A stretch of 64,000 nucleotides of DNA from Lingula anatina (lineage: Eukaryota > Animalia > Brachiopoda), in assembly GCA_051362555.1 (NCBI GenBank), contig CM120647.1, positions 10,292,001-10,356,000 of the forward strand, in the 5' to 3' direction. Made by a program: the position numbers and the translations under genes. The notes beneath the pieces were generated by a model. The model searched no databases, was not told where the DNA came from, and was given only the letters and a program-made list of their open reading frames with translations. Positions 50,293 through 62,616 of this stretch are shown in pieces; the first letter of the stretch is position 1; every line of letters starts with the position of its first letter.

Positions 50293-51484
50293 CATATACA
50301 GCTCTGCTTTAAATTGTCCCTTAACCAGTTAAAAACTAAGACCTGTTGATATTGATGAAAGCTCCAGCCTGAATGTTTATGTCACAACAAGTGAATTCTC
50401 CTGCCTTTTTATGTCATGTCTATAACTTTGTTATGTATTTATATACTTAGGTACCTAACTGATATGTACAGACAACTACTTAACTACCTAATATGGTACT
50501 TTTACCCCAACTCTTAAATATACGAGTTACCCCATTTTTATATGCCTTTTGGTGCATAGATAATATAGTCTGAGACAGCTGTGTGTCCGTCTTATGGGCA
50601 AGGAAACCAAGATGGCAGACGCAGAAAATGAGAAATACACACCACGGGTCTCTTGTCTATTTGAGATTCTTGGCCATATATTTTGCCAGCTCCACTGCTC
50701 CCAATGAAGAACGATTACATATACATCAGCAGTTAAGCAGAGAATTCCATTTCCTTCATCTGATTATCCCTGGCATCTGGCATCTTGTCTCTCCTTGCCC
50801 ACGTTAACCATCGAAATATACATACATGTTGGAGTCCTGTATCCTGGCCCCTCCCTACCCATAGTTAAAAACAGCCTCCCCCCAACCCCAGCTTTACTTA
50901 TTATGAAATAACAATAACAATTAGTCTCTTTCAGGGTTGGCACATCAAGCAAAATTCACCAGTTAGTACCTGCTTAGCTATATATATCTTGGTGGTTGCC
51001 ATGACACTCCCTGGATGGGTCGTAGAACAATTGTTGATTAACTTGTCAGTGATATTTATATCATATCCACCTGACGTTTGTCTGTTTTTTCTCCTTGAGT
51101 TTTTTTTTTTAATTCAGATATGATTTTTTTTCCGCTGATGATGGTGGTGGTGTGTCTTTTCATGACAGCATGTTTATCGTTCATCTGTAGGAGAAAGATG
51201 TCGTTATGAGGAGATTCCAATCAGCAAACCATAAGTTCCTGAGCCAAACAGTGCTTTGAATGCCTCCCTGATCCTAATGTCTGTCCTTAAATTTTTTGAG
51301 CTTGTTAACATAACAGATGCAGTCTCAACTGGTGCAACTTTGCAAAAAAAATTAATTAATGAAAAATTTGTAAAAAAAAAAAATGTTAAATATAATATAA
51401 TAAGAAGAATGGTAAAATTGATGTGTCATCCCTTCTTGTGCATTTGCTGCAGAACTGTCAACAGTTCTAACCAATCACAGCTCA
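48640..51484 (-). other. RBM24: Probable long 3' UTR of the RBM24/38 gene (end approximate)
   Basis: Follows the stop codon. U-rich and UGUA-rich on the minus strand with no recognisable transposon sequence; AATAAA candidates near 49153 and 48906. Confidence 0.5.
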
Positions 51485-51812
51485 TTATTGTAGTCGCTCC
51501 TGGATCTGTTGCGGCTGATAGGCTGCGGCCAGGGTGGGAGTGGCTGCGGCGGGAGATGTGATTGGTTGTGGAAATGCGGCATATGTGTATGCAGTTGGGG
51601 CTACATATCCGGCTGTGGGTGAAATGGTCGCATATGGGTCTTGAAGGCCGTTGGGGTACTGTCCTGCTGCGTATGCGGCTGCGGCGTTTGCATAATCGAA
51701 GGCTGCGTACTGTCCTGGGGCACCGGTCGGTGAGAGTGGCGAGTGTGGACTGACGGCCATGACACTTGTAGGTGCTGTCATGTACGACGGATAGATGTAC
51801 TGTGCAGGCAGT
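51485..51812 (-). CDS. RBM24: RNA-binding protein 24/38 family (RBM24/RBM38/SUP-12), last coding exon; RRM exons lie beyond the right edge
   Basis: Strong acceptor TTTTCTTCTTTTCTTCCTATCTTGCAG|, phase 2. Translates LPAQYIYPSY...FDYANAAAAYAAGQYP...SPTAGYV...QPIT...YQPQQIQERLQ*, matching the RBM24 C-terminus (IPAHYVYP...YQPQQLQTDRMQ). Tandem stop TAATGA. Confidence 0.9.
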
Positions 51813-54800
51813 CTGCAAGATAGGAAGAAAAGAAGAAAATTAAACAAACAAGTTTTGATTCCCTCAAATCAATGATTGCTTAAAAGGGAGTTACTTAATT
51901 AAAGGCAATGTTGAACCCCTTGATTTGGTCTAGGTCTTCGGACCATGATCAGCAGACAGTAAAACTATGACTAGGTATGGAGATCTTCATAGAAATCATT
52001 TCTTGACTAATAAAAAATGTTACACTCCACAGATTAGAGTTACCAACCAAACCAGGCTTTATATTGCTAAGGGAATAATGAATAGACTTTAAGCCTCATA
52101 TTATTTGCAAATCTCAATTTGCCTTTGGGGTGTTTCAAAGGATATGTTCAATTAGTTGAGCTACCTAGGGTTTTCTCCTAATTTCTTTTTTTCCTTCAGA
52201 ATTAACCAGGCTTCAAGGAAGTGAAGGCGGACCATGTGGTCATGGCAGCCACTGCTATTATATTATTATCTGACCAAAATCAGGCAAAGGCATGCCAATT
52301 CACCTTGTATATACTCAAAAAACAACCAAATCCCACTGTCTCAGAGATAGAGATCAAGTAACCACCCCAGGCCTAATGTATGAACCTTTATGACTGTTCT
52401 TTGTGGATTGGCCGTGCAGCGCAACAAGCTGCAGTGCTTTTTATCATTTTATGTAAGATTTTATGCATACACAGGTGTGCTGCAAATATTTTTGTAACGG
52501 CGGTAAGATATGTTGTTAACTGCAGGTAGGGGGGATGTTCTGCTTTTTCATATGTCGATCTTTACAACAGAAAGAAAGACATAAAACCAGTAGGTTATTA
52601 TGCTTATGTCTCTGTGGTTGATTTGGATCTTTACTGATGCAACGAGGAGAAATGTTTTAACACCAATATATTACCAACAAGCATGAAAAGGTTATGACTT
52701 TGGCTCTGACGTTTAGATAGATTTAAAGCATTTTCCTTCCCTTCTTATCTTCAAGAGAAATAAAAGGAACATTTGAAGGAGATTTGATAATGAACTTTCT
52801 TTTCACAAGGTTTTTATTATTTTTAAATTTGCACAATGAAGTTTTTGGTTTCACCATAGTTTCCAACAGTATTTCTCAAGGGCTGGGACCCCCTGGCAGC
52901 CATGAGGAATCCCCTTTGTATTTATCTAGAAGCTCATCTTCGTATAAATTCTCTCAGTATACCAGAGTCACCTGTTTCAATAGTTTTATTATAGGCGCTG
53001 TTTAGTATAAAGACCACAGCTGGCTCGCACCGTTCAGTAGACAGTTTCCAATGTTTTACACTCACGTGAACAGATAAAACTGAAGTGATGCAATGCATAC
53101 TGACAGTAGTGTAAATTAAGTTATTTTTGGGTGATTTGTCTCAGCACCACTTTACTCGAGTCTTTTTAAGTGTTTTTCATTTTGGAAATCTGAAGTAAGG
53201 CCAATCTGGTGTAAAAGAGGGGTAATTCCGTACACCACATTTACCCGTTCCATCCAGGTTTGAGAGGTAAAAAAAAACATATTTCTGAAGCCAGAGAATA
53301 GGCTAAGATACATTCTCAGTTATGTGCACAGTGTAACTTAAACTGCTGGCAGTTTGGCAAAGAGAGTTGAATGTTCATAATAGAAGTTAGGACTTTCCTC
53401 TCAGTACCTCTTGAGAGATGATTCCTTTTCTGAAAAGAGCCAAAGAAGTACTTGACACTGGTTACGTTTTGCGCGATTTTCGAGAGGATTTGGCAAGAGT
53501 CTTTTAACTGAAACCTGTTTCCCAAATTGCTGATTGCCTGGAAGGTGCTTCTAGACGGGAGATTTAAGGATGTGTTGAGCCTTTAACATTTGCTAAAAAG
53601 CACCGGGTTATGTATGAAATTTACCAGAAACGCAGTCTTCTTCATTTGCCTCTTAATTTACCAAATTGGACATCGTTACATTTTGCAGATTATCCAAAAT
53701 ATAAAACTTTCCACTGGAAACTACTACAAGACAGTCAAAAGAAAAGTAGAAAAATAAGGGATCCTAATTGTAAAGCGTTCTTATTGGCTTCAGATAACTA
53801 TCTGATTTCTCAATTTTTCCCAAAATCCAAGTTATGCATAAGGTACTCGGTGGCAGGTGTGCCAGGCTTTTTTGCCCACCTTTAAGGTGCATTTCTCACG
53901 GGGAGTTTCTTCTAAAATTAATCAAGAAGTGATGAAATGTCTTTCGCACTTGTCCGAATATTTCATATCCCCGCACAGCTTCTTAAGAACCTAGCGTTCC
54001 ATTTTGTTGAAAGCAGGTGTTAAAGATACCTTCACGGGGAGCAAGCTCACCCCCCCCCCCTCCTCCTCCTCCTAACTCATTTCTTTCGTTCTACCTACTT
54101 TTGGTGAACCTCAAAATAATTATAGTATTCTTGTTCTTGCATCATATAACTTACGATTTCTGAGTCAATACAAACATTTAACCTTTACATAAATAACGCT
54201 TAAGACACAAAGAAGTGCGCATGTATCAACATAATGCGTTCTAATAAATGCCAAACTAGTAAGCCGGCATTCTAAGTTGGGTATATTTTTTCTCTCTCTT
54301 TCTTCTAATAACGGAACCTCCCGCTGGTGCTAGACACTGGGTTGCACCCCCGATCTTTTCATCTTATGGAATCAAATTAAAAGGCAGTTGTTATTTACCC
54401 CTCACCAGTTTAGCAGTACCAGCAACGTAACCGAAAGCAGGCCAACTAGGCCTGTTTGTTCGTAATGACTTACAAGTCGCTTCGGGCAAAAAACATATTT
54501 TTTCAGTACAACAAATTTACCGTGTCATTTATGTTTGATGAAAAAGATCGAGTTCAGTGGCCGTTTTCAAAGTGGGTTTTGCGCTGGTTATTATTGCCCC
54601 CCTTCGTTCACGTAATCCGTCGTAAGGGGATTTAGCGTTCCAAGCTGAGAGGTGCGAAAGTTGGGTATACCTATTACAATTTTATATTAAAAACGTGTGC
54701 GGGTTTTCAGTTTTGTTTGATCGTCCCACCCTTTAAAGATTGGCGGTAATCGCATTATTTATTTTAGGCCCAAGATGGTTATTCTGTAATCTGATTTGGA

Positions 54801-57800
54801 GACAGTGGGCTCGAGATTTCCGTGAACAAGGTTAAACTGTATTCCTCTACTAACAATCAACATCTTCAGTTATATATCCTTTGAAATCACCCTTACAAAA
54901 ATCAAGAAAAAACAGCAATCTGATACAACGAAAGACCATACAGAGGAAGAGAAAGGGAGCACTTCAACGGTATTAGTTCAGGAAAATAGTTCACTTTTCA
55001 CGCGGCTGACTCGTTTTCGGGCTAAAAATGCGGCAACAAGATTCTTGCGTGTAGGAACGAAAACGAAGTCAAGGCGTGGCACGCTCACTCTGAATTGAAC
55101 AAAATTACTTCAGATCTATGTCAGAGGTGGATTGTTTTAAACTTAAAGAAAATATTGTGGAAATTAAGACTAAAGAATTGTAAAATACAGCGTTTCGTAA
55201 AAAAGAAGGCATTTAATCCCATTTAATGAAATGCTTCCGACTCTTCCGTCGATGGCCGTCGTTTCTGAACCATGCCGTAAGTTGTCCAGGCAAGCCAAGC
55301 TCACGTCACCCAACGCTCTGAAGGTGTGTAAGGTCGGGATAAGAACACCCACATCACATCAGACCAAATCACATCAATTAACATGCACCGTTCGCTATTA
55401 AAAACCCTGCAGGACCCCCCATACTGTGATTCCGTATTAGATCGGGCCCCGAACCAGTTCAAAACGGTCTAAATCAACACATGGGACTTTCCTAGACATA
55501 ACGGCTTTCTAAAAATTGTTGAAGTATTGGAGCGACCTTAAACAGGTCCAAAAAGTATCCACATTAAGACACATTACAACAGGTCATTGACTGACAAGTT
55601 TTCTAGCGTCCCTCGTAGGAAGCGTAAACCTTTTAAGAACCTTGGCAGCAAGGAGTTTGGAAAATGAAAATAAATACACACCGATATGTCTGTGTCTAAA
55701 CCACTCCCAGAGAGTACTGTTGACATTTACCCTGACGCTGCGTTAAGAAGTTAAAGGATGATAAATACCCTGTTTGTATTGACTGGAACGCGAAATGATT
55801 TCTACAATTATTCTATAGGCACCGTGACCTTCTGTTTAGTTTATGCTGCGCTACTGAAATCTCATAACATTTATAAGGATGTCAGATTGCACTGTGATTA
55901 GGATAAATATACTTGTCACTGGTAATAGCCTTCACGTATTTCCTATAAGGTTATATAAGCAAAATTCACCACTTGACATCGTAATTTGACATAATCTCCA
56001 TCGTATCGGGTATTTCATCAAAGCAAGCACGCCGGTAGGTAAGACGTTGGACCGAATGAATGCAGTGTTTATAAAAAGAGGGTCGAAAGTGTTTGAACTC
56101 ATCTTGGCGGGATAGGGCAGTGTTGTGATTTCGCCAGATTTCAAAATGTTTCTGGAGATGTCTGAATATAAATTGCGGTTTTGTTTTGTTTAACCAGGTG
56201 TCCTACTTGTTTTTCTGTGGTCAGAATATCGTGCGGTAATTTTTTTTTCTTTCTTCTGAATCTCTTGCGATTTGTTTTGTTACACATCCACATTTGACAT
56301 CATACAGTTTCGCTGAAGGATAACGACACACGACGGTTATTTTTTTATAAGCTTGATTCATAACGCGCTTACTGTGTATCGATACTTTTGGGTACAACTG
56401 TACTTGGGAATGAACAACTAACGGTCGACGACGCTAACTGAACTTTTATCTTTACAATGGGGTTTCGCTGGTGTCACGCGTCAACAAGCCTCTTCAGTTG
56501 TGACGATAATGGTGACAGATACAAGAGGGCGGATATTTGGGCAACATTTGAGCCATAATCCACGTCTTTTGATGTGTAATCCTTGTCTGTTGATGTAACG
56601 TGCACGCGCCATGCGGGGGCCTCGTTGCGCAGTATTATGCTACACGCGCGCACGCGGGAATCGTGTTCTGCAATTTTAGGATGGGAACTTGTCCCTACAT
56701 GTGCAAGCTACTGAAATTTATACGATCATTAACCGGACCTACATTCCCTATTTCTTGCCTTGTCCTTATTAATTCATACACAGTATTCAACTTTTTAATT
56801 ACATCATGTGCTATTAATGCCTATTGCTACGGTCATTGCACATCATCCTCATGTCCCTATAGTGTTAATAATATCTATCAAGTTTTTTCGGAGGGACTCC
56901 GTGCGCCTAGATCAGATTGCGATGGAATGCAAGCTTTCTTTAGAATAATATGTTTTCAGCCTTCCATATATAGCCAAGCCGACAGGAGTGTTTTGACATT
57001 CTAGACACAACTCTCTTTGCACAAATCCACGGGGATAACACGCAAAATAATACGATCACCTGTTGAAATGCTGCGTTCGTGTTGACGGCAGCTCTGCCCA
57101 TGATTAACACGTAAATTGTTTAATAACAAATAGCATTGGTACTCTGGTTTATTTGTGGTTCCTAATGCGTATGTTGGGAGCTAGTTTGGACATGATTGAC
57201 AGATCTATGCTTCCCTGTGCCTGTCAGCAGCTTCCTCTCAAATGTCGTGATCTCTGAAGTATTCGTTTTTGATTGACGTACTTTCTGCCCTAGCGCAGTC
57301 GCACAGCGGTAGCGGGATGTTTTACTGGAAGAAATGAATGAGAGGATACCACGTGCAACATTGCTGACGGTCAACCTGCGATGCTCGCCCTAGCGCTAGG
57401 GGTCAACTCGCTATGCTCGTGATGCTCGCGCCCGCGCGTCATGGCGCGACTGATCAGCATGGGTCTTGATCGCTATTAATTGGGCAGGTTAATCGTTGTC
57501 CTCATCGTGCATTACACACCGGCTTCCAAAATCCAAGCCTCACCGACCGAGATATATTGGGTAACCGTCAAGCTTTGGCTCAAGTGTCAGTTTCATAGGT
57601 TGCACGTGCCTGTGGGGTATTTTTAAAGTCCATTTTGGCAAATATTAGTTACTTTACATCTTTACACTGACGAGTTTAAAATTCGGAAAATTTACCTTGG
57701 CGATCACTCAAATAAAAGCTTGAATTCAAGTTTTACATACGCTTAGACGTTTCCCTATCAAGAGCACGTTGGCTAGATCATAGACCTATAACAGATCCAA

Positions 57801-60800
57801 AACACTTAAACACCCATATTGGCATACACATTTGCATTTTATGTTTTGTGTGTCTATTGGGATAACAAGCTACGGGTGGAACAAATACTTTTAGATTCAC
57901 AAGCTGGGGCGATCTTGCCTCCATTTACAAACCAAGCTTCCACTACACGTCCATCAATGGTGATATTGGCTAGACAAATGGGAAAGTATGTTAGTTTCCA
58001 GTATGACGCTTCGACAGTTACGGCAAAATATGTTTTTTACAGGTGTGTTTGGGTTTCCTTTGATCTGCCGCGAAAAGGCTCATGTTTTGCCAGTTTTCAT
58101 GCGCGAAAATCGAGACAAAAAACCGATGCTTTTGCGTCTAACCTTCAGGTTGTGAAAAGTCGAAAGGGCTAATTAGTTGTGGGTGCTGTGCAAAAACTAT
58201 CGCTTTTTCTCATTTTCTGTTCAGCAAGAAAGGGTAGCTGTAGCTTTCAATAAGGATCTGAGCTCTTGCATGAAGCAGGCAAGCGATGGGAATGGCAAAA
58301 CCAGGCTAAACCCCGTCTAATAGATAACCCCAATATGGCACATCTTCAGGTGTAGGTGGCGAGTGTCATTATTGATGCTTTCCTGGGTCATGATGAGAGA
58401 GAGAGTAAAGAGTTAAATATATTTAAACCCTTAATCCCAACGCAGGCCACTGATAATTTGCTTCTCTGGTTTCGATTCTGGTAGTGCAGCAGAAGCCTAC
58501 TGTCTTTTCAAACTAGATAACAACGAGGTTATAAAGCGGAAAGCTGGAAACTGTCTGATCTACCTGTTGACCTTGATGTATGTCAAGCCAAAGCTAGGTT
58601 ACTAACAATTGAAACCCCATTCAAAACGTGCTAACAAGAAGCCTACGCAATGAGGGGAGGTAGCTAAAAATTCCGCCAGCTATTCATACTTAGATGAAAT
58701 CTCTAAACTGGCTCCGTTCCCGGTAATTCATACATAGTGTATTATCAACAGTTCAACACTGCACAAAGTCGAAACAAAAACTGGAGTTTGAGGTCCAGTT
58801 TTAATAATGGCTTGCCCAGTGTTAGAGTGACCATGTGAGCCCACCCGCGCCATACAGATGCTTGTGTAGTGAAGAAGGGCTTTAAGGCCAAGAGCAGCAC
58901 GATCTAAAAGTTCCCATCGATCATATTTAGAAGGATTTAAGCGCTTGGAATTGCCTCTACACCTAAATCATAGCCATCCAGGTGCGCTCTGGAATTGCGT
59001 GTAAGGCATAATTGATCGCATTCTGAAACAATATCAGTTCACCATTACCAACCCAGATGCCCGAGCCTACTGATTAAACCACGGGCCATCAAAACCTGGC
59101 TGACGGGGCCAATGGCCTGACATCCATGTTGCGTTTCAGGCGTGTGGTCACGTCATCCTGAACGTGGATTTTCAGCGTGAAGACGTGGCATTCACTGACG
59201 TCAAGGGGGCATGATGGAGGTTTCTACTTTAGGGACTGTGCTTACTGAGATGAGCTCAGATCAACCTGGGGGCAAACTTTCCAGCAAATTGAATTTGTTG
59301 TACACTAAATAGTCTCTGATAACAATCTTCCCAACCTAATATAACATCAAACGTTTTACAGGTAGCAGGGACTTGGGCCTTGCATGAAAGTACATATCAC
59401 GGTAACAATCCCTAGGTTTCAAACACCATTTTAATTTTTTTTTCATGTTTATCATTTACAGTTCATCTAAAAAGAAGTACTTCTCGACGCAGTCCAAAAT
59501 TGCTTTGCATATATTCCAAATCGAATTTTCCTTCTGGTACAACAAAGCGAACGATAGTTTTGGGATGGACAGTTGAGCATGTTGCTGTGAACATAACGAG
59601 TAATTACCGTACGTACGTGGAGCGTCAAGGCCTGTCAGTTATTCTCGTATGTTTGCTTGTGTAGATGTTATCGGGATGTTCAACATCATGCCGTTCGTAG
59701 ATCTGCAAAGTTCAGTTATGTCCGGGACTCGGGGCGGTAACTGACCGAGCAGAATACATTTAGGCCTATAACCTTCAGAGCTGTAATACGGTCGTTAGTC
59801 TATATATTGTGGTGAAAAGTAGCAAGTATTTGTCCGTGCGTTCGTAGCGTCACTACCCCATCAAATTGTTTTCAATATCGAAACATTAGTACGATTTTTA
59901 TGAACGCCTAAGTGGTTTTCAACGGGCGTAGGATATGTGTAACGTTCCCTTTAAACGTAGTTGGTACCTGCGTCGTCACTTTGCGTTTGTTATTAAAACA
60001 GTCCTGCTTTTTTTACCTGTGCTGTCAAGCAGGTGTGTTCGTGATTTAAGTCTCAAGCGCAACAAGTAGGTTGTTTCTAAACTACAAAATACTACTGCCA
60101 ATCTCCTCGATGTGTTTCTCATGATTTTAAAGATGTGTATGCCAATCATCAGTGGGTGCTGAATGTTTCAATGTCTTTTAAATTTTTCCGTTTCTAATTT
60201 AAACCTACACAAACCACGTTGTCAAACTTTGTTTGCAAGGTTATTTTAACGGGAGAATGATTCAGCTTGTGTCTAATTTAGAACCGGTTCAGGAACAGAC
60301 TTTTGCATCTCGGCCTTTTGAAAACAAATAGTTGAGCATTTCAGTTTGTCCATTTTGGGTCTTCTTACATAATCACAACATTCGATATATGGCCAAGTCG
60401 CGAGGGGCGCGAGCAGCGCACAGATCATCTGATAATATCCCTATTTGTATTGGTTTACACGCGAGAAGAAAGCGCAGCACCAGTTCCCACTATCCCCCCT
60501 TTCGCCGAAGCTTATATTCTCGCTGAAAACTTTTGTTGACTTTACATTAGCAAAACATTTATCAATTGCATCATTAATGTAAAATCAACGCACCAGGGGC
60601 ATTTTACCTGAAGGCGTCTCAAACCGGTCCTTTCGTACTAATAAAGAGTGTCCCTGAAACCGGGCCTATATCTGTATTTGAAGGAAAAGGGGAGGGGGTC
60701 GAGTCCGTTAGCCTTTTCAGGTGGTCAGTTTTGGTTAATGAAAATGAGAAACATTTTAGACCTGTCAGCGAGACTCGATAGGTTTTTGAAAAAAATTTAC

Positions 60801-62360
60801 TCGGTTGACCCAAATGGAAATGATTCTCTGGCGTGCAATCGTGGAGTCGTAAGTGAGGTGATCTGGTGAAAGTCGATCAAATCGTCATTTATATGAAATA
60901 TCTAAGTTCCCGAAGGAGGTCGTTCTATTTGGTCACTGTCGCTGAAGTGTATACACACAGAATTGTGCTTAATACTGTTATCTTGACGGAGGCTTGTGTG
61001 TTTTGATTGAGCGGCCATTGAGAGCTAAGATAGCACCTGGGAACACGATAAAACTATTCTCTTGGCTACTTCACCGTTTTCACTGATACTCTTGTCCCGG
61101 CTTATCTGGTCGCGTAAGACTGCCACAGAGGGCTAAGTTGCATAGACTGATAAATAACTGGGGCTGTAAATTTTCAATAGTGCCTTCTGTGGCTTGGTTA
61201 CCCCGTGGAAAGAAACCCCTGGCAGACCCCCTGCAGAAAATTCACCTATGGAGATACTTTGAATGGTTTCCAACATGTCACGGGTGGCTAAAGTTTATAA
61301 TATATTGATTGCAAATAAAAGACCAAAGGGGAAACGCTAACAAGTGCGGTGGTTTAATTTTAATTTTAACCTACTCATCGATATTATTTTGCACTGATGG
61401 GTCGAAGGGAAAATGTTTTGAAAACTTGAAATTAACACTTTTTAAATATGACTGTTGATATAATAAGCATCATGGACGTACTACCAATAATTATTGACAA
61501 AACATTTTGATTGATCTAAAAGGAGGTGGATGCATGGTTTCATGTTACATTATTTACTGACATCTAAACCCATTACGAATGTCTGCGAATGGACATCTGC
61601 TCTAGTTACAATATTACAGAACCAGAAGTGATATGCAATGAACCCCATGAGGCCATGCTTCTTAGATATAGAAACATCCAAATGTAATATAATGTTTGAC
61701 ATTACACTGAAAGGAAGCAAGATTACATTTCCCTTCACCTATCTGCACCCTTAGTAACAATGTAACCAGGAATATATACATTGTATCGGTTATGCTGATG
61801 ATGAAATATGCCAGATTTCCTGAGATATATACATTGTATCAAAACTGTAAAGGGTGTTGGTAAACATAACGACTTCTGCCTGTCAATATATTTTACTTTA
61901 TCAAACATTTATCAGTATTTAGCAGATAATAAAACTCGATTGGACATGAATCAATATTTACCTGATAGACATTCATGAATATTACATTTGATTAAATATG
62001 TATCAATAAAATATATATTTATACATTTGTCCCTCTTCCATCCGCCATATATACAACTATAACGAGTTAGTTTCACGCCACCACCAAAATAATACAACAC
62101 AAAAATAACACCAAATCGTGTTAGATGCTAACTACGGCCATCAAATAATATTAGTACGTCACAACACTGAACCATCACGTGCTTCCCGCCACTACATCAT
62201 CATGCAGAGTTAGTCGTACGTTTTGTTGTTATTTGTAGCTGTATATAATATTTGTGTTTCAACCAAGTGCATCGGCATACTAGGGTTAGTTTCCAATCAA
62301 AAGGTGCAAGTTGTTTGATATAAATAAATCAGATGAGAGATAAAACATGTGTGCGAGGCC

Positions 62361-62616
62361 CAGTGGCGGACCAAGGGTTTTTAAAAAGGAAAAGGGATCG
62401 CCCCCATCTAAAAGCGTATCTTCCCCTTGCACGTGTCTCTATGTGAGGTATTTGTGCACAGGATAAGAAAGAAGGACCTCTCCATTTAATCCACTGTTCC
62501 ATGGGTTAAAGAAAGGTCTAGTAATAGGTCTAGACTATAAAATCCTTAATATTTCACCCCCCTTCCCCACTCTATTTTTTCTGGGGCTTGCTTTCAGGTC
62601 CCTCGATCCGCCACCG
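62361..62616. mobile_element. Possible small MITE relic
   Basis: CAGTGGCGGA...TCCGCCACCG inverted ends. Similar GGATCCGCC termini occur near 38730 and 32468. No TSD seen. Confidence 0.3.
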
